Shown: positions 60,307 through 64,000 of the stretch, piece after piece | Layout: every line of letters starts with the position of its first letter | How positions within the stretch are numbered: the first letter of the stretch is position 1 | Assembly (NCBI RefSeq): GCF_028368995.1 | Contig: NZ_JAQNDL010000001.1 | Span: 3,520,001-3,584,000, forward strand | DNA from: Nannocystis bainbridge | Lineage (GTDB): Bacteria > Myxococcota_A > Polyangia > Nannocystales > Nannocystaceae | Reading direction: 5' to 3' | DNA length: 64,000 nucleotides | Notes under the pieces: generated by a model | What the model was told of the DNA's origin: nothing | Seen by the model: the letters and a program-made list of their open reading frames with translations, nothing else | Database searches by the model: none | Translations under genes and position numbers: made by a program

Positions 60307-60572
60307 TTCCTCCGCCGTGGGCCGCGACCGTCGCGCCCGCTCGGGCGCTCGGGCCGCGGCGTGCGCGTGCGTGGGCGACTCTACCGCCAGCGACAGGCGA
60401 GCCGACCGCGACCGCGCCTGCGAGGCTGCTCGTGCCGATCCGTCGGCGAATCACCGCTCACCGTGGCCGCTGCGCGCGAGACCACGAGCGACGCGGCCCG
60501 CGACGAGCGCGACCCGGCCCCTCCGCGCTCTCCCGCGACGGCGCGGCGGAGAGCGGATATGCTGGGCGTGTC

Positions 60573-61169
60573 ATGGCTCTGAGCGTCCTCGGGTGGTCTC
60601 TCTTCGCCTACCTCATCGCAGCGATCCCCATGGGCGTGGTGGTCGGCTATTTGCGCGGGGTCGACATCAGACAGCTCGGCTCCGGCAACATCGGCGCCAC
60701 CAATGCGTCGCGGGTGCTTGGCGCGCGGTGGGGCCTCGTCGTGTTCGCGCTCGACGTCGTCAAGGCCTACTTGCCCGTCCGCATGGCCATGGACTCCGGC
60801 CTCGGCGACCTGCCGGACGCGCCGTCGGCACTCGCCTGGGTCGGTCTTGCGGCGACCCTGGGGCACATCTTCCCCGTCTATCTCGGGTTCCGCGGCGGCA
60901 AGGGTGTCGCCTGCGCGCTCGGGGTCTTCTCCGCCCTGTTGCCGGCCGCGGGCCTGCTGGCCGCGGTCATCTACGTGCAGACCCTCGCCCTCACCCGCGT
61001 GTCTGCGATCGGCTCGCTCACCGCCGTCAACGCCGCCGCGCTCCACATCTTGATCACCGATGCGCCGCCGGCCTACAAAGGGCTGGTCGTCGCGATCGCC
61101 GCGCTCATCTGGGTCCGGCACCGCGGGAACCTCCGCGAGCTCGTCCGCTCGCGCCGCGCCTCGCCCTGA
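60573..61169 (+). CDS. plsY: Glycerol-3-phosphate acyltransferase PlsY
   Basis: AYLIAAIPMG, DIRQLGSGNIGATN, GHIFPVYLGFRGGKGVA, RHRGNL. Confidence 0.95.
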   Translation: MALSVLGWSLFAYLIAAIPMGVVVGYLRGVDIRQLGSGNIGATNASRVLGARWGLVVFALDVVKAYLPVRMAMDSGLGDLPDAPSALAWVGLAATLGHIFPVYLGFRGGKGVACALGVFSALLPAAGLLAAVIYVQTLALTRVSAIGSLTAVNAAALHILITDAPPAYKGLVVAIAALIWVRHRGNLRELVRSRRASP

Positions 61170-61172
61170 ATT

Positions 61173-61415
61173 ATGCCCGCGCCCAAGTCTCGCACGCTCT
61201 ACATCGGAGGCTTACCGCCCTCGGCCTCCCCCGAAGCGCTGCGCGAGGCCTGGGCCCGCTTCGGCGTCATCCACGACGTGCGCCTGATCCCCCGCCGCGA
61301 GCTCGTCATCGCCTACGTCACCTTCGCCGACGAGGCCGCCGCCCACGGCGCCCGCCGGGCCCTCGACGGCTCGACCTTCGCCGGCCACCGCCTGCGCGTC
61401 GAGTTCGCCATCTGA
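61173..61415 (+). CDS. RRM-domain RNA-binding protein
   Basis: RNP2 LYIGGL, RNP1-like IAYVTF and C-terminal LDGSTFAGHRLRVEFA. Confidence 0.85.
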   Translation: MPAPKSRTLYIGGLPPSASPEALREAWARFGVIHDVRLIPRRELVIAYVTFADEAAAHGARRALDGSTFAGHRLRVEFAI

Positions 61416-61496
61416 CCACACGGACATGCCCTTGGGAGCATGTCCATGCGGTCATGCTCCCAAGAACATGCCCTCGGGGACATGTCCCAAGCGACA
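61413..61496. repeat. Array of six 14-bp TGTCC-N4-GGACA-like units
   Basis: TGACCACACGGACA TGCCCTTGGGAGCA TGTCCATGCGGTCA TGCTCCCAAGAACA TGCCCTCGGGGACA TGTCCCAAGCGACA. Confidence 0.85.
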
Positions 61497-61543
61497 AGGC
61501 TCGCACCGTGCTGGAGCTATGGGTGAGCCAGGCGCTCGCCGCC

Positions 61544-62647
61544 TCAGGCCGCGCGCGACCACAGCGCCGCGTCGAGCTCGCCGCACAGGCGGACCGCCGT
61601 GGCCACCGGCGGCAGGCCGAGCGCGCGCAGGCCGGGCGCCTCGAACCCCGCCAGCGACGCCTGCAGCTCGGCGATCGCCGCCCGCCGGGCGGTCGCCACC
61701 GCCTCGCGGCCGGCGGCGTCGAGCTGTCCCATGAACCAGGCGTCGATCGCCCACGCCAGCTCGGCGTGGCGCGCCTCGTCGCCGGCGATCTCGGCGTACA
61801 TCGCCCGCAGCGCGGGCGCGGCGGCGAAGCGGGCCTGATGCGCGGCGGCCAGCGCGGCCCAGGTCTCGCGCACGCAGCCCTCGACCGCGTTCTCGACCGC
61901 GATCGCCAGCAGCTCGCGCACCGCGAGGGCCGCGTGCGCCGGCGGCGTGACCTCGGCCCCGCGGGCGCGCGCCGCGGCGGCCACGACCTCGGCGTGGCGC
62001 ACCTCGTCGGCGGCGGCGGCGTCGATGCGCGCCAGCAGCTCGGCCGGCGCGCCCCAGGCCGCCAGCTCGCGCGCGAGCGAGCGGAACGCGTGGACCGAGG
62101 CGGCCTCGTCGTGGGCCGCGCGCGCCAGCCAGGCCCCGGCGGCGTCGGCCTCGGCCCGTTCGCCCCGCGAGGTCACGCAGGCGTGGCGCCGACCCTCGCA
62201 GTAGGCCGGATACGTGCACGCGACGGTCACCTTCGTCGCCTCCTCGGTGACCTCGCACCCCAGCAGCTCCTCGAAGTCGTTGACCCGGGTCTTGCACACC
62301 AGCGCGCACGTCTCCGCCTCGGACAGCAGCTCACCCCCGGTGGTGCTCGTCTCGGTCGCGCTTCCGTCCCCGTCGGTCGTGCCCGTGCTCGCGTCCGTCG
62401 TGCCCGTGCTCGCGTCCGTCGTGCCCGTGCTCGCGTCCGTCGTGTCGGTGCCGGCGGACGTGGTCACCGCATTCGGATCCGGCTCGATGGGATTGTTCTT
62501 CTGAAACTCGGCGTACACCTCGGGGGTCAGCTCGACCTTTTCGGTGTACTTGGAGGCCTTGCAGCCGTGGACCGAATCGCCGCAGCCGGCCAAGAGGTTG
62601 GCGAACAGCGCAGCGAGGGGCAGCGACAAATAATGAGGCGAATGCAT
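61544..62647 (-). CDS. Lipoprotein with C-terminal ferritin-like (diiron-type) domain
   Basis: Lipobox LAGC, Thr-rich repeats, CEGRR, then EAASVHAF...DEVRHA...ENAVEGCVRET...DEARHA (two ExxH). Confidence 0.85.
   Translation of the reverse strand: MHSPHYLSLPLAALFANLLAGCGDSVHGCKASKYTEKVELTPEVYAEFQKNNPIEPDPNAVTTSAGTDTTDASTGTTDASTGTTDASTGTTDGDGSATETSTTGGELLSEAETCALVCKTRVNDFEELLGCEVTEEATKVTVACTYPAYCEGRRHACVTSRGERAEADAAGAWLARAAHDEAASVHAFRSLARELAAWGAPAELLARIDAAAADEVRHAEVVAAAARARGAEVTPPAHAALAVRELLAIAVENAVEGCVRETWAALAAAHQARFAAAPALRAMYAEIAGDEARHAELAWAIDAWFMGQLDAAGREAVATARRAAIAELQASLAGFEAPGLRALGLPPVATAVRLCGELDAALWSRAA
62376..62444. repeat. 21-bp coding tandem repeat (TTDASTG x3)
   Basis: GTCGTGCCCGTGCTCGCGTCC repeated three times exactly. 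Confidence 0.9.
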
Positions 62648-62686
62648 GCGGCCGAGCGTAGCAGCCCGTTCGCTGCGCGCCACGCT

Positions 62687-64000
62687 TCAGCCGCCGCGGG
62701 CGATGCCCAGCAGCTTCATCTTTTTATGAAGGTGTGTGCGCTCGACATCGAGGGTCTCGGCCGTCTTTGAAACATTCCAGTTCTGCTCGCTCAAGCGCTG
62801 GAGGATGAACGCCCGCTCGACCGAGTCGCGGAACGCCTTGAGCGACATGCCCGGAGGGACAGCTCCCTCGCCGAACTGGACCACCGCGTCGCCACCGACC
62901 GGCGCCCCGGCTTCTTCTTCTAAATCGCCGCGGATCTCCAGCGGCACGTCGCCGATGTCGATGTCGCCGTCGGACAGGATCGCGGTCCGCTCCATCACGT
63001 TGCGCAGCTCGCGGACGTTGCCCGGCCACGGGTAGGTCTCGAGCACCGCCTGGGCGGCCGGCGACAGCCGCTTGGGCGCGATGCCGTTCTCGTGGCAGGC
63101 CAGGTCGAGGTAGTAGCGGCACAGCAGCGCGACGTCGCCCGGGCGCTCGCGCAGCGACGGCACGGCGATCGGCACCACCGCCAGGCGAAAATAAAGGTCC
63201 TCGCGAAACTCGCCGGTGCCCACGAGCTCGCGCAGGTTGCGGTGGGTCGCCGCGAGCACGCGGACGTCGACCTTGATGGGCCGCTCGCCGCCGACCCGCA
63301 TCAACTCGCCGCTCTGCAGCACGCGCAACACCTTGGCCTGCGCGTTCAGGTCCATGTCGCCGATCTCGTCGAGGAAGAGCGTGCCGCCGTGGGCCAGCTC
63401 GAACAGCCCGCGCTTCTGCGCGGTCGCGCCGGTGAACGAGCCGCGCTCGTGGCCGAACAGCTCGCTCTCGATCAGCTCGCGCGGGATCGCGGCGCAGTTG
63501 ACCTTCACGAACGCCGCGGCCCGCCGCTCGCTGGCGTCGTGGATGGCCCGCGCCACCAGCTCCTTGCCGGTCCCGCTCTCGCCCTCGATCAGCACCCGCG
63601 CCCGCGTGCCGCCGACCTTGATCACCTGCCGCAGCAGCTCCTGCATCGGCCGCGACTCGCCGATGATCTCGCGCCGCGCCAGCGCCCGCAGGCTGCGCAG
63701 CTCGGCCTCGGTCTGGTAGTGACGCAGGGCGTTGCGCACGCTGACGATCACGCGGTCGCGCGCGAGCGGCTTCTCGAAGAAATCAAAGGCGCCGAGCCGG
63801 GTCGCCCGCACGGCGTCGGTCACGGTGGCGTGGCCGCTGATGAGGATGATGGGCAGCGGGGGCGTGCCGCCGCCGATCTCGCACAACTTCTCGAGCAGCT
63901 GCAGGCCCGACATGCCGGGCAAGCAGACGTCGACCATGACGACCTGGATCGGTCGCTGGCCCTCGGGACCCTCGACGAGGGCGCGCTGGATCATCGCCAG
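62687..64000 (-). CDS. Sigma-54-dependent response regulator (NtrC family), 5' end outside the window
   Basis: Receiver ([17 protein letters not shown]), AAA+ [30 protein letters not shown] and Fis HTH. Confidence 0.95.
   Translation of the reverse strand: MAMIQRALVEGPEGQRPIQVVMVDVCLPGMSGLQLLEKLCEIGGGTPPLPIILISGHATVTDAVRATRLGAFDFFEKPLARDRVIVSVRNALRHYQTEAELRSLRALARREIIGESRPMQELLRQVIKVGGTRARVLIEGESGTGKELVARAIHDASERRAAAFVKVNCAAIPRELIESELFGHERGSFTGATAQKRGLFELAHGGTLFLDEIGDMDLNAQAKVLRVLQSGELMRVGGERPIKVDVRVLAATHRNLRELVGTGEFREDLYFRLAVVPIAVPSLRERPGDVALLCRYYLDLACHENGIAPKRLSPAAQAVLETYPWPGNVRELRNVMERTAILSDGDIDIGDVPLEIRGDLEEEAGAPVGGDAVVQFGEGAVPPGMSLKAFRDSVERAFILQRLSEQNWNVSKTAETLDVERTHLHKKMKLLGIARGG

Noticed and set aside
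61413-61496. Palindrome arrays as CRISPR arrays
   Set aside because: The period is only 14 bp with 4-bp variable parts, there are no spacer-sized unique segments, and no cas genes are present.

Overview
Very GC-rich myxobacterial chromosome segment (Nannocystis/Polyangia-like, inferred from gene content). It carries an adventurous-gliding cluster (gltC-gltD-gltE-gltF-gltG-TPR lipoprotein-giant gltI on the minus strand, divergent gltK/cglC-like lipoprotein), the rpsP-khpA-rimM-trmD-rplS-yraN operon, rimO, rng, hisHAF-hisIE, plsY, two class III adenylate cyclases, an ECF sigma/anti-sigma pair, a PP2C phosphatase, two tandem methyltransferase pairs and a truncated sigma-54 activator. A long minus-strand coiled-coil gene (1-2660) is missing from the ORF track. 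The most striking unexplained signal is a dispersed 14-bp palindrome, TGTCC-N4-GGACA, found at about 16 loci as single sites or head-to-tail arrays of up to 6 units. It occurs between genes, inside coding sequences, and across start and stop codons. A lower-GC ABC-ATPase plus TOPRIM-like gene pair (46411-48443) is a candidate anti-phage system. No rRNA, tRNA, CRISPR array or transposase was recognised. All family calls come from motif recognition by eye, without database searches.
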